Of a stretch of DNA of 33,372 nucleotides, positions 1 to 9,601 are shown in pieces; position 1 is the first letter of the stretch, and the number at the start of each line of letters is the position of its first letter. The notes beneath the pieces were generated by a model. The model ran no database searches and had not been told where the DNA came from. It saw only the letters and a program-made list of their open reading frames with translations. Source of the DNA: Nitrospinota bacterium (GTDB lineage Bacteria > UBA8248); the NCBI GenBank assembly GCA_036231405.1, contig JAZAHK010000017.1, positions 1 to 33,372 on the forward strand. The letters run 5' to 3'. Both the position numbers and the translations under genes were made by a program.

Positions 1-1
1 T

Positions 2-1129
2 TTCGTAGTATTTCTCGGTTCCTGTTCTGATGAATTACCTACAAATCCATTCCCTAAAACAGACGCTGAAAAATGGAATAATGGAAAGGAAGCTAGAATT
101 AAGTTATTGGCAAAGCTTTCTGCACAGAAAGAGTTCGAAAGAAAGAAAAGAGAAGCGGAGAGAGAAAATCAAAGGAAAGAATATGAGCGCAAAATTCTCG
201 CCACTCCAAAAGCCTTTGTCGGTATTCACGATGGTCCTCCTGAATTATTACGATTGAAAATAAGATGGAGATTAAGAGATTGGCTAAGTCAAAAGAAATT
301 ACCTCGATATATTATTCCTAGAAAAAAGGATCCTGATGAAGTTATAAAATCTATAAAAGAAGCGCGGGATGGATGGTTGGAAGATGGGAATCAAATTATT
401 GCAAAGAGGCGTTTAATTCGACATGCTGAAAATGGAAATCCAGAAGCGCAACTCTTACTGGGTGATGTTTATGATTCTATTAATTTGACTAATAAATTGA
501 AAAGAGATGCCGCAGAATGGTACAAGAAATCAGCAGATCAGGGCAATATTGAAGCGATGGATAAACTCGCGAATGCCTATTATAACGGAGATGACAATTA
601 CGTTATGAGGGATTTGAAGAAAAGGTTTGAGATACATAAAAAAGGAGCTTTTGCAGGCTCTGTCGTCCATCAGTTTAAATTGGGGTTTGCGTATCTGGAA
701 GGAGAAGGAGTAGGGAAAAATTATAAGAAAGCTCTGAAGTGGTTTAAGGAATCAGCTGTCATAGGATACCCACCTTCAGAGAGTGAATTGGGTTTGATGT
801 ATGCGGAAGGGAAAGGTGTTTCCCAAAGTCATATAAAAGCATTGAAGTGGTTTCGCAAAGTTGGGGAAAAATGTGTCTACTACGCATATCCTGACATGGT
901 TAAAATTTATCTAAGCGGAAAAGATATCGAAAAAGATCTGGTTCAAGCACATTTTTGGAATGACATTGCGTGGTTTTTTGCCCGAAATTTTGAAGAACGC
1001 AGCATAGCTTATGAAGTGAAGAAAGAACAAATAAAACCGGGCATGTCTGAGGAACAGATTAAAACAGCAAATGCTCTTGCAAGAAAATGGATAAAGAAAA
1101 AAATAAAAAATTTATGTGGAAATTACTAG
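2..1129 (+). CDS. Sel1-repeat (SLR) putative lipoprotein, 5'-truncated by the window edge
   Basis: The frame of ORF 107..1129 is open back to base 2 (FVVFLGSCSDELPTNPFPK...) and includes a lipobox-like LGSC. Sel1 repeats follow: AENGNPEAQLLLG, WYKKSADQGNIEAMDKLA, LGFAYLEGEGVGKNYKKALKWF, LGLMYAEGKGV. Confidence 0.85.
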   Translation, partial: FVVFLGSCSDELPTNPFPKTDAEKWNNGKEARIKLLAKLSAQKEFERKKREAERENQRKEYERKILATPKAFVGIHDGPPELLRLKIRWRLRDWLSQKKLPRYIIPRKKDPDEVIKSIKEARDGWLEDGNQIIAKRRLIRHAENGNPEAQLLLGDVYDSINLTNKLKRDAAEWYKKSADQGNIEAMDKLANAYYNGDDNYVMRDLKKRFEIHKKGAFAGSVVHQFKLGFAYLEGEGVGKNYKKALKWFKESAVIGYPPSESELGLMYAEGKGVSQSHIKALKWFRKVGEKCVYYAYPDMVKIYLSGKDIEKDLVQAHFWNDIAWFFARNFEERSIAYEVKKEQIKPGMSEEQIKTANALARKWIKKKIKNLCGNY

Positions 1130-1500
1130 TACGTTTTTTCTTTTAGTTCTATGCGTATTCCATCAAATAGTTTGTCACCTACATTTTCTACTGCATGCAC
1201 ACCTTCTGGTTCAAGATATCTTGGAACTCCCGCTTGTCTTCTTCCCGGTAATTTTACTTTTCTCATCTTTTCATCGTAATAGTTTATTTCAGGAAGACTG
1301 CTCACAATAAAAACGCTGTGATATTTGTGGGTATGCATTTTCTCAAGTTCCCCAGGTTCGATTGTGACTCTCACAACACGTACTTTTTCATTTTCAATCA
1401 GAACTTCATGATTGGATGGAGCTGCGGCAACAGCGTCTAGTTCTTCAGGTGTACCCAGTATGTAGGGAGGCCTTTCTGTAATTTCTTCTTCTGGGTCCAT
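1126..1500 (-). CDS. Cupin-domain protein
   Basis: ENEKVRVVRVTIEPG..MHTH and EGVHAVENVG match cupin motifs 1 and 2. AAGGA RBS upstream. Confidence 0.8.
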   Translation of the reverse strand: MDPEEEITERPPYILGTPEELDAVAAAPSNHEVLIENEKVRVVRVTIEPGELEKMHTHKYHSVFIVSSLPEINYYDEKMRKVKLPGRRQAGVPRYLEPEGVHAVENVGDKLFDGIRIELKEKTY

Positions 1501-1592
1501 TTAAGTTGTTCCTTTTGATCGTTTGGTTTTATTCATACTTTCATGTTTCTAAAGTCTCTCTCGATATTATTCTGCATAAATTTCAACTGACT

Positions 1593-2993
1593 TTAAAAAC
1601 TTGGTAAAATAGGATTTATTTTAGGAAAATGTTTTTCTAAGTCATACCCAGCTGCTAATAAAACGTCTTCTCGATGTTTTCTGGAAATCATTTGAACACC
1701 TAATGGGATTTTATTTTCAGTTTTGCCCGTAGCAAATGACATGCCAGGAAGTCCTAGGTATGGAGGAGCAATCTGGGGGAGCATAGAGTCAAACACCATA
1801 TCAAAGGATTCTGGAGATTCTAGATCTTTTAAATCTTCGAATGGTAAGTGGCCTGTTATTGGACAAAGCATTATTGGGCATTGATTAAAAAATGCATTCC
1901 ATTCTCTTCCTATATTTGCTCTGTTTTGTAAGGCATCCATAAAATTATCTAAACTTGCATCAGAGCATCTTCTTGTCATTTGGGTGTAAATAAAAGTAGC
2001 ATCAGGGTCATTTTCTTTTTTAATAGCTTCTCCGCCAGTTCTTCTGAACTGTCCAAGCCAGAGAGCTGCTTGAAATTCAGCTGCTTTTTGAAAGTTTGGT
2101 GCTTTAACTTCTTCTATAATCCATCCGGATTCTTCGAGTGCTTTAGCAACTTTTTTTAATTCTCCTACTACAATAGGGTCAATTGATAGACCGTCTATTT
2201 CTGTTACAAGACCAACTTTTTTTAAAGGCATTGGAAAAGATAATGGAACAGGCGTCCACCAAGGATCACTATAATTTTCCATACTCATTGCTTTAAGGCC
2301 AAGCTCAATATCAGTGATTGAACGAGCTAAAGGACCAGTTACTGCCATGATCTGAGCGCCAATATGATTGTCTGGGGAAGTATAATTTACCATTGGAACC
2401 CTACCTAAGCTTGGTCTTAATCCGTGTATCCCACAGGCATACGCTGGATAACGAATAGAACCAGCAATGTCAGTTCCATGACCTATAGCGCCCATTCCTG
2501 ATGCCGTAGCTGAAGCAGCACCTCCTGATGATCCGCCTGGAGTTATGGTGTTATTATGAGGGTTTAATGTGTGGCCATGAAGACTGTTTCTGGTAAACCA
2601 ATGTATGCAGAAAGGAGGTGTATTGGTCCTGCCAACTATAATGGCGCCACTTTTTTTTAAATTTTCAACTACCGGACTATCTTTAGTTGCTATTAGATCT
2701 TTTTGGATTCTAACACCGTTTGTAGTAGCAAATCCTATTTGATCTGTGTTTTCTTTAATTGTAACAGGAACTCCGGCAAGAATACCTAACTCTTCACCGT
2801 CTTTTAATTTTTTATCTAGTTGGTTTGCTGTTTGCAGAGCATAATCAAATGTATTGGCAACTATGGCATTTAATTTTGGATTAATATTTTCTATGTGTTG
2901 AATCGTTTGATTGCAAATTTCAACAGCAGATACTTCTTTAGTTTTGAATAATTTTGAAATTTCATTAGCATCTAATGACCAAAGTTGTTGCAT
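1593..2993 (-). CDS. Amidase (amidase-signature family)
   Basis: GVPVTIKEN (catalytic Lys), PGGSSGGAA, GTDIAGSIRYPA (Ser-cisSer-Lys triad). GGGAG RBS upstream. Confidence 0.93.
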   Translation of the reverse strand: MQQLWSLDANEISKLFKTKEVSAVEICNQTIQHIENINPKLNAIVANTFDYALQTANQLDKKLKDGEELGILAGVPVTIKENTDQIGFATTNGVRIQKDLIATKDSPVVENLKKSGAIIVGRTNTPPFCIHWFTRNSLHGHTLNPHNNTITPGGSSGGAASATASGMGAIGHGTDIAGSIRYPAYACGIHGLRPSLGRVPMVNYTSPDNHIGAQIMAVTGPLARSITDIELGLKAMSMENYSDPWWTPVPLSFPMPLKKVGLVTEIDGLSIDPIVVGELKKVAKALEESGWIIEEVKAPNFQKAAEFQAALWLGQFRRTGGEAIKKENDPDATFIYTQMTRRCSDASLDNFMDALQNRANIGREWNAFFNQCPIMLCPITGHLPFEDLKDLESPESFDMVFDSMLPQIAPPYLGLPGMSFATGKTENKIPLGVQMISRKHREDVLLAAGYDLEKHFPKINPILPSF

Positions 2994-3116
2994 AAAAAAA
3001 CTCCCTTGAAAAAAATCTATCTTATTTTAAATTTTCAAAAAAAGAAATAGATTTTAAACAAACAATAATATTTGCGACTTTTTTAAAATAGTCTAATAAT
3101 AAAAAATTCGACGTAT

Positions 3117-3800
3117 TTATTTTCCATATATTCGTAACATATCGGGTTTCTCTGTCGCAAAAAAATGAACCCAAATATAAATATGGCTAAAACTAGCGAC
3201 ATGAAGTGCGGCGATCGATTGAAATAAAAAAGCTGGTATCCAAAGTGTGAAAAATCCGAATACATACATGGCGTTTGGTGTCCAACGAAAAATACCTTGT
3301 TGGACTAAAGGTTCAGATTGAGCTTTTTTTTCAAAATGGTCGATGCCAAAGGCGCGTTGAAAAGAAAAATAACGAGCAACTGAATACATACAATAAACAG
3401 CAAAAACCAATAAAATTAATGAAACCAAAAAGCCTACCCACAAGTTTATCTCAAGTGTTCCTCTGTTCGCCCAACCCAGTATAAAAATTGAAATCGGTCT
3501 TAGAATGATTAATATCACAAACAGAATAGAGTATTTCCTGAATGAGTTTAAACCAAACCATTTGCTTAGTAATTGACCATGCAGTTCGGCACGCCAACAA
3601 AACCAGACATAGACTTGGTGGATAACTGCATTTGCAATAGAAAATAAAACCCATATGGACGTTGAAATACCAAGAAAGTAACCTTTTTCAAATCCAGGTA
3701 TGTCAAACGACGAATGAACGAAAAATAGCAGAATTGCCAAAGCTACGATATGTAGTAACTGGCCTTCGAAAAATAGACGAATTTTAACACTTTGTTTCAT
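3117..3800 (-). CDS. Integral-membrane PEMT/ICMT-superfamily (phospholipid) methyltransferase
   Basis: About 5-6 hydrophobic segments. C-terminal LVQQGIFRWTPNAMY and terminal EKPDMLRIYG are typical of PEMT-family domains. Confidence 0.7.
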   Translation of the reverse strand: MKQSVKIRLFFEGQLLHIVALAILLFFVHSSFDIPGFEKGYFLGISTSIWVLFSIANAVIHQVYVWFCWRAELHGQLLSKWFGLNSFRKYSILFVILIILRPISIFILGWANRGTLEINLWVGFLVSLILLVFAVYCMYSVARYFSFQRAFGIDHFEKKAQSEPLVQQGIFRWTPNAMYVFGFFTLWIPAFLFQSIAALHVASFSHIYIWVHFFATEKPDMLRIYGK

Positions 3801-4093
3801 TGTTCACTTATTATGTATTAAAATAAAGCCCCTTTCAATGCAGTGGAACAAGTGTTGTTATCTTCTCCATTTCTTTGGGATAACCAACTTCAATAACTAA
3901 GTCGTCATTTTTAACTTATGTTCTATAGCTTAAATCTTTGTAAGTGGTTGGTTTAGTTAAAGGAATTTTAATTTGTCTGTTAACTTGATGTTAATTGTTT
4001 AGTTGGTAAAATTGGGAGGTAAATTTCTTTTAAAAATACTAATTACATTTTAGATTTTTCTTTTTATTCATGGAAAATCGTGGAGGCTCTTTT

Positions 4094-5851
4094 ATGAGTT
4101 ACCTAGACGGTCAATCGAAAACAGAGATTAGAGATGGAATGAGAATTGATTGGGATGTACCAATCACGGTAGATGATGGTCTTGTATTGAGGTGTGATGT
4201 ATACCGTCCTATCGAAGACGGTAAATATCCTGTCATGATGACGTATGGTCCTTATGGAAAATACCTTTTGTTTCAAGACTTATATGCATCTGCATGGGAT
4301 TTGATGGCAGAGAAACATCCTGATGTAACAGCTGGATCTACCAATAAATATCAGAACTGGGAAGTAGTGGATCCTGAGAAATGGGTTCCAGAAAATTATG
4401 CAGTCGTTCGAGTAGATTCTAGGGGATGTGGACGCTCTCCGGGTGTAATTTACATATGGTCAGCTAGAGAAGCGAAAGATCTACACGATTGTATCGAGTG
4501 GGGCGGGGAACAGGAATGGTCTAATGGGAAAGTAGGGTTGAACGGGATTTCCTATTATGCAGAAAACCAATGGCAAGTTGCAGCCCTGCAGCCACCACAT
4601 CTTGCAGCAATGTGTATTTGGGAAGGTGCGGCAGATTTTTATAGAGATATGGGACACCATGGCGGAATTTTTTGCAATGGTTTTTCAAGAACATGGTCGG
4701 AAATGCAGGTTTATACTGTACAGCATGGTTTAGGAGAACGTGGATTTGTTAGCAAGATGAATGGAGACTTAGTCTCTGGTCCCATCACTTTGAGTCCCGA
4801 GGAACTTGGAGCAAACCGAAATGATTTTGGTGATGACGTATTAGCACATAAACTTGATACAGATGAGTATTGGACTTCAAGAATGCCTGACTTTTCTAAG
4901 ATTGAAGTTCCTCTTCTATCTACCGCAAACTGGGGTGGACAGGGACTACATCCTCGCGGCAATTTTGAAGGTTTTGTGCGCAGTGCTTCTGAAGAAAAAT
5001 GGTTAGAAGTACATGGTATTGAACATTGGACTCACTTTTATACAGACTACGGAAGAGAAATGCAGCTTAAATTCTTTGATCATTTTCTGAAAGGTGAAGA
5101 TTCTGGTTGGGAAAAACAGTCCAAAGTATATTTACAAGTTCGTCATGTGGGAGAAAAATTTGTTCCAAGAGAAGAAAAAGAATGGCCTCTTGCCAGAACA
5201 GACTGGAAAAAATTGTATTTGGATAATTCCGATTATAGTTTAAGTGAAGAATCCCCTTCCGTGAATTCTTCTGTAAGTTATGATGGGTTTGGTGATGGCT
5301 TGATCTTCTTAACACAACCGTTTGAAAAGGAAACAGAACTGACTGGTCCTATGGCTTCTAAATTATTCATTTCATCTGAAACGAATGATGCAGATTTCTT
5401 CCTGGTAGTTCGTCTTTTCTCTCCTGATATGAAGGAAATTACATTTGTAGGTGCTGTAGATCCTCATACGCCAATTGCACAGGGTTGGTTAAGAGCCTCG
5501 CATAGAAAACTGGACGAAGAACTTACGCTTCCCTATAGGCCTTATCATACTCATGACGAAATACAGCCTCTCAATCCAGGGGAAATATACGAGTTGGATA
5601 TTGAGATTTGGCCTTCCTGTGTCGTGATTCCGGAAGGGTACCGAATAGGACTCTCTGTTCGCGGTAAAGATTATGTTTATCCAGGTGGCCAATCAGGTGG
5701 ATTGTCGAACATGAAAGAGCCATTTACTGGTGTAGCACTCTTTTATCATAATGACCCTAAGGATAGACCTCCAGAGATTTTTGGAAAGGAAGTAACTTTA
5801 CATTCAGGACCTGAACATCAACCATACCTGCTACTTCCATTTATATCATAG
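4094..5851 (+). CDS. CocE/NonD family serine hydrolase (peptidase S15-like)
   Basis: DGLVLRCDVYRP, VDSRGCGRSPG, WSNGKVGLNGISYYA (nucleophile GxSY) and a PepX-type C-terminal domain. Start moved from 4070 to ATG 4094 because of GGAGG at 4082-4086. Confidence 0.92.
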   Translation: MSYLDGQSKTEIRDGMRIDWDVPITVDDGLVLRCDVYRPIEDGKYPVMMTYGPYGKYLLFQDLYASAWDLMAEKHPDVTAGSTNKYQNWEVVDPEKWVPENYAVVRVDSRGCGRSPGVIYIWSAREAKDLHDCIEWGGEQEWSNGKVGLNGISYYAENQWQVAALQPPHLAAMCIWEGAADFYRDMGHHGGIFCNGFSRTWSEMQVYTVQHGLGERGFVSKMNGDLVSGPITLSPEELGANRNDFGDDVLAHKLDTDEYWTSRMPDFSKIEVPLLSTANWGGQGLHPRGNFEGFVRSASEEKWLEVHGIEHWTHFYTDYGREMQLKFFDHFLKGEDSGWEKQSKVYLQVRHVGEKFVPREEKEWPLARTDWKKLYLDNSDYSLSEESPSVNSSVSYDGFGDGLIFLTQPFEKETELTGPMASKLFISSETNDADFFLVVRLFSPDMKEITFVGAVDPHTPIAQGWLRASHRKLDEELTLPYRPYHTHDEIQPLNPGEIYELDIEIWPSCVVIPEGYRIGLSVRGKDYVYPGGQSGGLSNMKEPFTGVALFYHNDPKDRPPEIFGKEVTLHSGPEHQPYLLLPFIS

Positions 5852-5874
5852 CATTAAAGGTATGGACTGATTTT

Positions 5875-6258
5875 TTATTCAGCAAAGGTAGTACCCGATT
5901 TTTCATGGTGAGAACATCCTCCGTAGCTTGCTATTAGTTCAGCTACATCCGTTTTGCTTGGATTCTCTTGTCCATGGAATTCTCCTGCAGGGGCATAGCA
6001 AAAATTTCCTGCTTCAACTAGGTGTTTATCAGGATTTGCAGGGTCTCCCGCATATACATAGATAGGACCTCTTACGACATAGAAAGTCGCATCGCAAGTA
6101 TGTTTATGCATTTTATTCTTTCCGCCAGGGGGAATGATAGTTCTTTGCATCGTCATCACTTTTGTTTCTGTAGATTCATCATTTACTCCCCATAAGATTG
6201 TATAAGGAGGTTCAAAATTCGCGTCATTATCGATACCAAGTGAGTTAATTATCTTCAT
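5875..6258 (-). CDS. Cupin-domain protein
   Basis: IPPGGKNKMHKH...FYVVRG and APAGEFHGQENP. Start moved to ATG 6258 (GGAG RBS just upstream) from the track's TTG 6327. Confidence 0.8.
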   Translation of the reverse strand: MKIINSLGIDNDANFEPPYTILWGVNDESTETKVMTMQRTIIPPGGKNKMHKHTCDATFYVVRGPIYVYAGDPANPDKHLVEAGNFCYAPAGEFHGQENPSKTDVAELIASYGGCSHHEKSGTTFAE

Positions 6259-6458
6259 TTTTTCTCCAATGATTTTATATATATTGTATTTTATAGTCAC
6301 ATTGTACAGTATTTCTTTCCTTTGCAAGTAATTGTGTTGTGCTATTTAAATAAAGCGTGGTTTGTGAAATTTTTCTTTTTTATCCTTTCATATTGTTTTC
6401 ATAATTAAGATGTATAATTCCATTAAAAGTAATTTCTATTTATATTTGAGAACAAATC

Positions 6459-7217
6459 ATGAAAAATAGACGGCTATACTATTTTTTTATATGTCTCTTT
6501 ATTTTTTTTATATATTTTATCATTATAGACAAACGTTCAAAATCTATTTCAGTTTTCCAATGGTATTGGGCTAATCAAGAAGCATCTATTAAAAGAAAAA
6601 TTTGCGAGAACATTCCTTTCAAATGTAATCCAACAAATCCACATATTCATTCTTCAACTCTGGAAAAACAAGGTGGGATTATATCTCATAGAATTCGTGA
6701 AAAAATTGTTTCTCTTACATCTAATAATAAAAAAGTTGTTTTGACTTATCGATTAGAGAGGTTAAGTCACAAATATTATCTTGCAGATCGGATTCTCAAA
6801 GACAAACAGGATTTATATAAACTGGGAGTGGAATTAATTTCAGTTGAAATTGATTTTGATTCTCCAACTTCAAAACTGAGCAATTATATTGAATGGTTAA
6901 AAGATTTAAAAAATCTTATTCCAAAAATTCCATTAAGAACTACAGGGCTAACAACCTGGATTGAAGATGATCCTAGGAAAAGTGAAGAACTCCTTCGTTC
7001 TGTAGAAGAGGTTACTTTCCAAATGTACCAAGGCACAAAACCTATCGCACTCTCTAAAAAAATCATTGATTTCATAAACAGTAATAAAAATGCGCAAATG
7101 GCTTTGTATTGCTTAGATAAATCTCTACTAAGTTTAATTCACCAAAATATGGAGGAACGCGATGCGATTACTATTGGTTTTTTTACTGATAAGTATTGTC
7201 ACAATTCTCCCGATTAA
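6459..7217 (+). CDS. DUF3142-like membrane-anchored protein (GH18-like TIM-barrel fragment)
   Basis: N-terminal hydrophobic anchor. VEIDFDSPTSKLSNYIEWLKDLK, TTGLTTW and VEEVTFQMYQG resemble the DUF3142 motifs as I recall them. Confidence 0.65.
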   Translation: MKNRRLYYFFICLFIFFIYFIIIDKRSKSISVFQWYWANQEASIKRKICENIPFKCNPTNPHIHSSTLEKQGGIISHRIREKIVSLTSNNKKVVLTYRLERLSHKYYLADRILKDKQDLYKLGVELISVEIDFDSPTSKLSNYIEWLKDLKNLIPKIPLRTTGLTTWIEDDPRKSEELLRSVEEVTFQMYQGTKPIALSKKIIDFINSNKNAQMALYCLDKSLLSLIHQNMEERDAITIGFFTDKYCHNSPD

Positions 7218-9579
7218 CAGAGAAGCACTAGCTGGAGGAGGAATGTATTGGGATTGCAATACTGCGGATTTCGGGAGGAATTGTTTTGCTTATAAATCTA
7301 TGAATCTTTTTTTTAATGATTCATTTATTCCTAAAAAAGAAGTTAGGGAAAAATTTACAAGAGAAAAAATAAGTGTTGTGTGGTCTTTATTATCGAGAGC
7401 AAACAAATATTCTGGAGCAATTGATAACACTGACAGTCAGGCATGGTTGAAATCAGCCACACGGGAAAAAGAGAAAATTAAAAGGATTAAGAAAAGATAT
7501 TATTTATACTTGAAAAAAAATAAATATCTAAAAAAAATATCTGGATCAATTAAATTTAGATTGAATGGAAATTGGTGCCTTGAAAGGTTTGATCAAGTTT
7601 TGAATTTTTCAGAAGCTGTCATGAAAGAGAATCCAGGGAACGAAAATGCGAAAAGAATAGGAGCTGCAAGATTTCTTGTGAATGGTGAGAGGAGAAATTG
7701 GTGTTCGATGCCAATAAATCGAGCTTCTCCTAAGTTTCATACAGTACCCTCTGATGTTCAAAGATTACTTAGTAAATTACTTTTAGAAGTCAAAGAAAGA
7801 TCTGTGGAAAACGCAAAGAAATTAAGGCCCTGGATTTTGTATATGCAGGGGGCGAAATATTTCAATTCCGGTGATTTGAAAATGGCATACAATTCTTTTC
7901 AAAAGGTGATAGCCACGTCAAAAAAAAGAAAAAGTTTTCAAAAATGGCCATTTGAAACATCTTACTATATGAAACTTCGTATCAAGTTTCATCTGATTAG
8001 GAGGGCAGGTCATGTTAGGAAATATGATGCTGAAGGAAAATTTATCAAAGACCAAAATCTTTCTAATGTTATTAGAGAGTGGAGAAAGGGATTGGTAAAT
8101 TTCAGGAACCAATTCCCATCTTCTCATTACCTTCCTCATGCAGAGCAGATGTCAATTGGATTATACTATCATGCAGGAGATGAGAAAAAATATTTAGAAC
8201 TTCATCTTAATGAAGTCACTCGTCTTTTGGGACAAGTTGAAAAAGATGAGTTTGATGGAGGTCCTCATGTATGGGCATTTATTAATAGAGTTTCTTTTTT
8301 ATTAGATAATGAATCTGCACTTTTGTTGTCATTTATACGTAGAAACCATCATCCTAAAATTAAAATAATGTACGCATTAGCAAATGGTATTGACGCAAAG
8401 AGTGAGCAATACCTTTGTAGTGAAAGTATTGATCCGACAAGAGACTTTTCAAATAGAATGCTTTTTGATATATGCCAGAATTATAAATACGGTAGTTACC
8501 CAAATCTGTCTGACTATCAACATACAGGTTTGGAAATTGAAATGACTTATCTTGCATTTCTTACTGCTCTTGAAAAAAATGATTTTAAAGGTGCCAAATC
8601 ATTTTTGAAAATAATCAAAGGAAATTTGGAAGAACGGAATCGGAATTATCTCACGATTGCGATAGGACGATGGTTCATGAAATCGCTTGATTCAGGTAGG
8701 GTTACTTATTATTTTGAGAATGGATTGTCACAGATTGTAAAGAAAGAATCTTCTCCCTTGATTAGATTGATCAGGGCCTATCAGCTTGAAGTGTTCAGCC
8801 GCGACTTTGCTAATCCAAAGGACTTTATGTTGTTGCTTGAAAGTGCGGAAAGTGAACTGGATCGTTTTGCGTTGCTGTTTCCGCATTTTAGTCAAGCTCT
8901 ACTATATAATGACAGGGAAACAGCAATTGTATTAGCTGAAAAGGTTTCGTTTGAAAAGCTTTTACGTAATAAGATACTTGGGCATTCAAATTATTATTTA
9001 GAAGCTATCAAAGCGGTTAAAGATGTGTATCACGAACTTCGTCATAATTCTAAGTCGAGCAAATCAGATTTTCTAATAGGCAGTTTCTTACATTTGCAGG
9101 GAATATTTCCTTCGTGTTCAGAAAAACCTCCTTCCCCACTTGCCGCAGAAAATGGGAGACAAAGTTGTGGATATATGAGATTTGCTCCTTCTTCTGGGGA
9201 GGCAGTATTCGTGACTAAAAAATTGATTGAACCTGGTTTGAATCCAATAGATTTATTTAGAAGAGTAGTATCTAAAACTCTTTTTTCTTCGTATCCTCTT
9301 GAAAAGCTGGAAATCGCTACTTTGAACCGTTTGATATATTGCTTGAAGGGTAAGAGAATAGAATCTTGTGTCCGTGGGGCTACTGTGAAAAAAAGTGAAG
9401 TGAAATCATGGTTTCGTAGAATTAATTTTAAAGAAAAAAGACAGAAATATTGGTTTTTCCCATATGGAGATGTTGTCAGTAACATTTTCAGTGCACCATA
9501 TTATTGTTTTCGTTGTCGAAAACCTTATGAAGGATTGCAATCTGATTATTATGTAATAAAGCGGGATTGGAGGAAATGA
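7162..9579 (+). CDS. Large secreted helical/TPR-like hypothetical protein (partner of the DUF3142-like gene)
   Basis: Signal peptide ending in ALA. GGAGGA RBS at 7151-7156. TPR-like YMQGAKYFNSGDLKMAYNSF and FRNQFPSSHY. 12 Cys. C-terminal LNRLIYC..SC..KSWFRR..YW. Confidence 0.7.
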   Translation: MRLLLVFLLISIVTILPINREALAGGGMYWDCNTADFGRNCFAYKSMNLFFNDSFIPKKEVREKFTREKISVVWSLLSRANKYSGAIDNTDSQAWLKSATREKEKIKRIKKRYYLYLKKNKYLKKISGSIKFRLNGNWCLERFDQVLNFSEAVMKENPGNENAKRIGAARFLVNGERRNWCSMPINRASPKFHTVPSDVQRLLSKLLLEVKERSVENAKKLRPWILYMQGAKYFNSGDLKMAYNSFQKVIATSKKRKSFQKWPFETSYYMKLRIKFHLIRRAGHVRKYDAEGKFIKDQNLSNVIREWRKGLVNFRNQFPSSHYLPHAEQMSIGLYYHAGDEKKYLELHLNEVTRLLGQVEKDEFDGGPHVWAFINRVSFLLDNESALLLSFIRRNHHPKIKIMYALANGIDAKSEQYLCSESIDPTRDFSNRMLFDICQNYKYGSYPNLSDYQHTGLEIEMTYLAFLTALEKNDFKGAKSFLKIIKGNLEERNRNYLTIAIGRWFMKSLDSGRVTYYFENGLSQIVKKESSPLIRLIRAYQLEVFSRDFANPKDFMLLLESAESELDRFALLFPHFSQALLYNDRETAIVLAEKVSFEKLLRNKILGHSNYYLEAIKAVKDVYHELRHNSKSSKSDFLIGSFLHLQGIFPSCSEKPPSPLAAENGRQSCGYMRFAPSSGEAVFVTKKLIEPGLNPIDLFRRVVSKTLFSSYPLEKLEIATLNRLIYCLKGKRIESCVRGATVKKSEVKSWFRRINFKEKRQKYWFFPYGDVVSNIFSAPYYCFRCRKPYEGLQSDYYVIKRDWRK

Positions 9580-9601
9580 AAATTGATTAAAGGAATACGA
9601 T

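Noticed and set aside
30-257. 75-aa ORF at the window start
   Set aside because: It is an alternative frame inside the Sel1-repeat gene, whose frame is open from base 2.
3012-3055. AAAATCTAT...ATAGATTTT inverted repeat upstream of the first amidase
   Set aside because: It is almost all A/T with a 26-nt spacer, which is plausible by chance in AT-rich intergenic DNA.
3801-4093. Largest intergenic region as a riboswitch or sRNA
   Set aside because: I recognised no conserved aptamer motif or stable hairpin. It is consistent with a divergent promoter region. An Rfam/Infernal scan would settle it.
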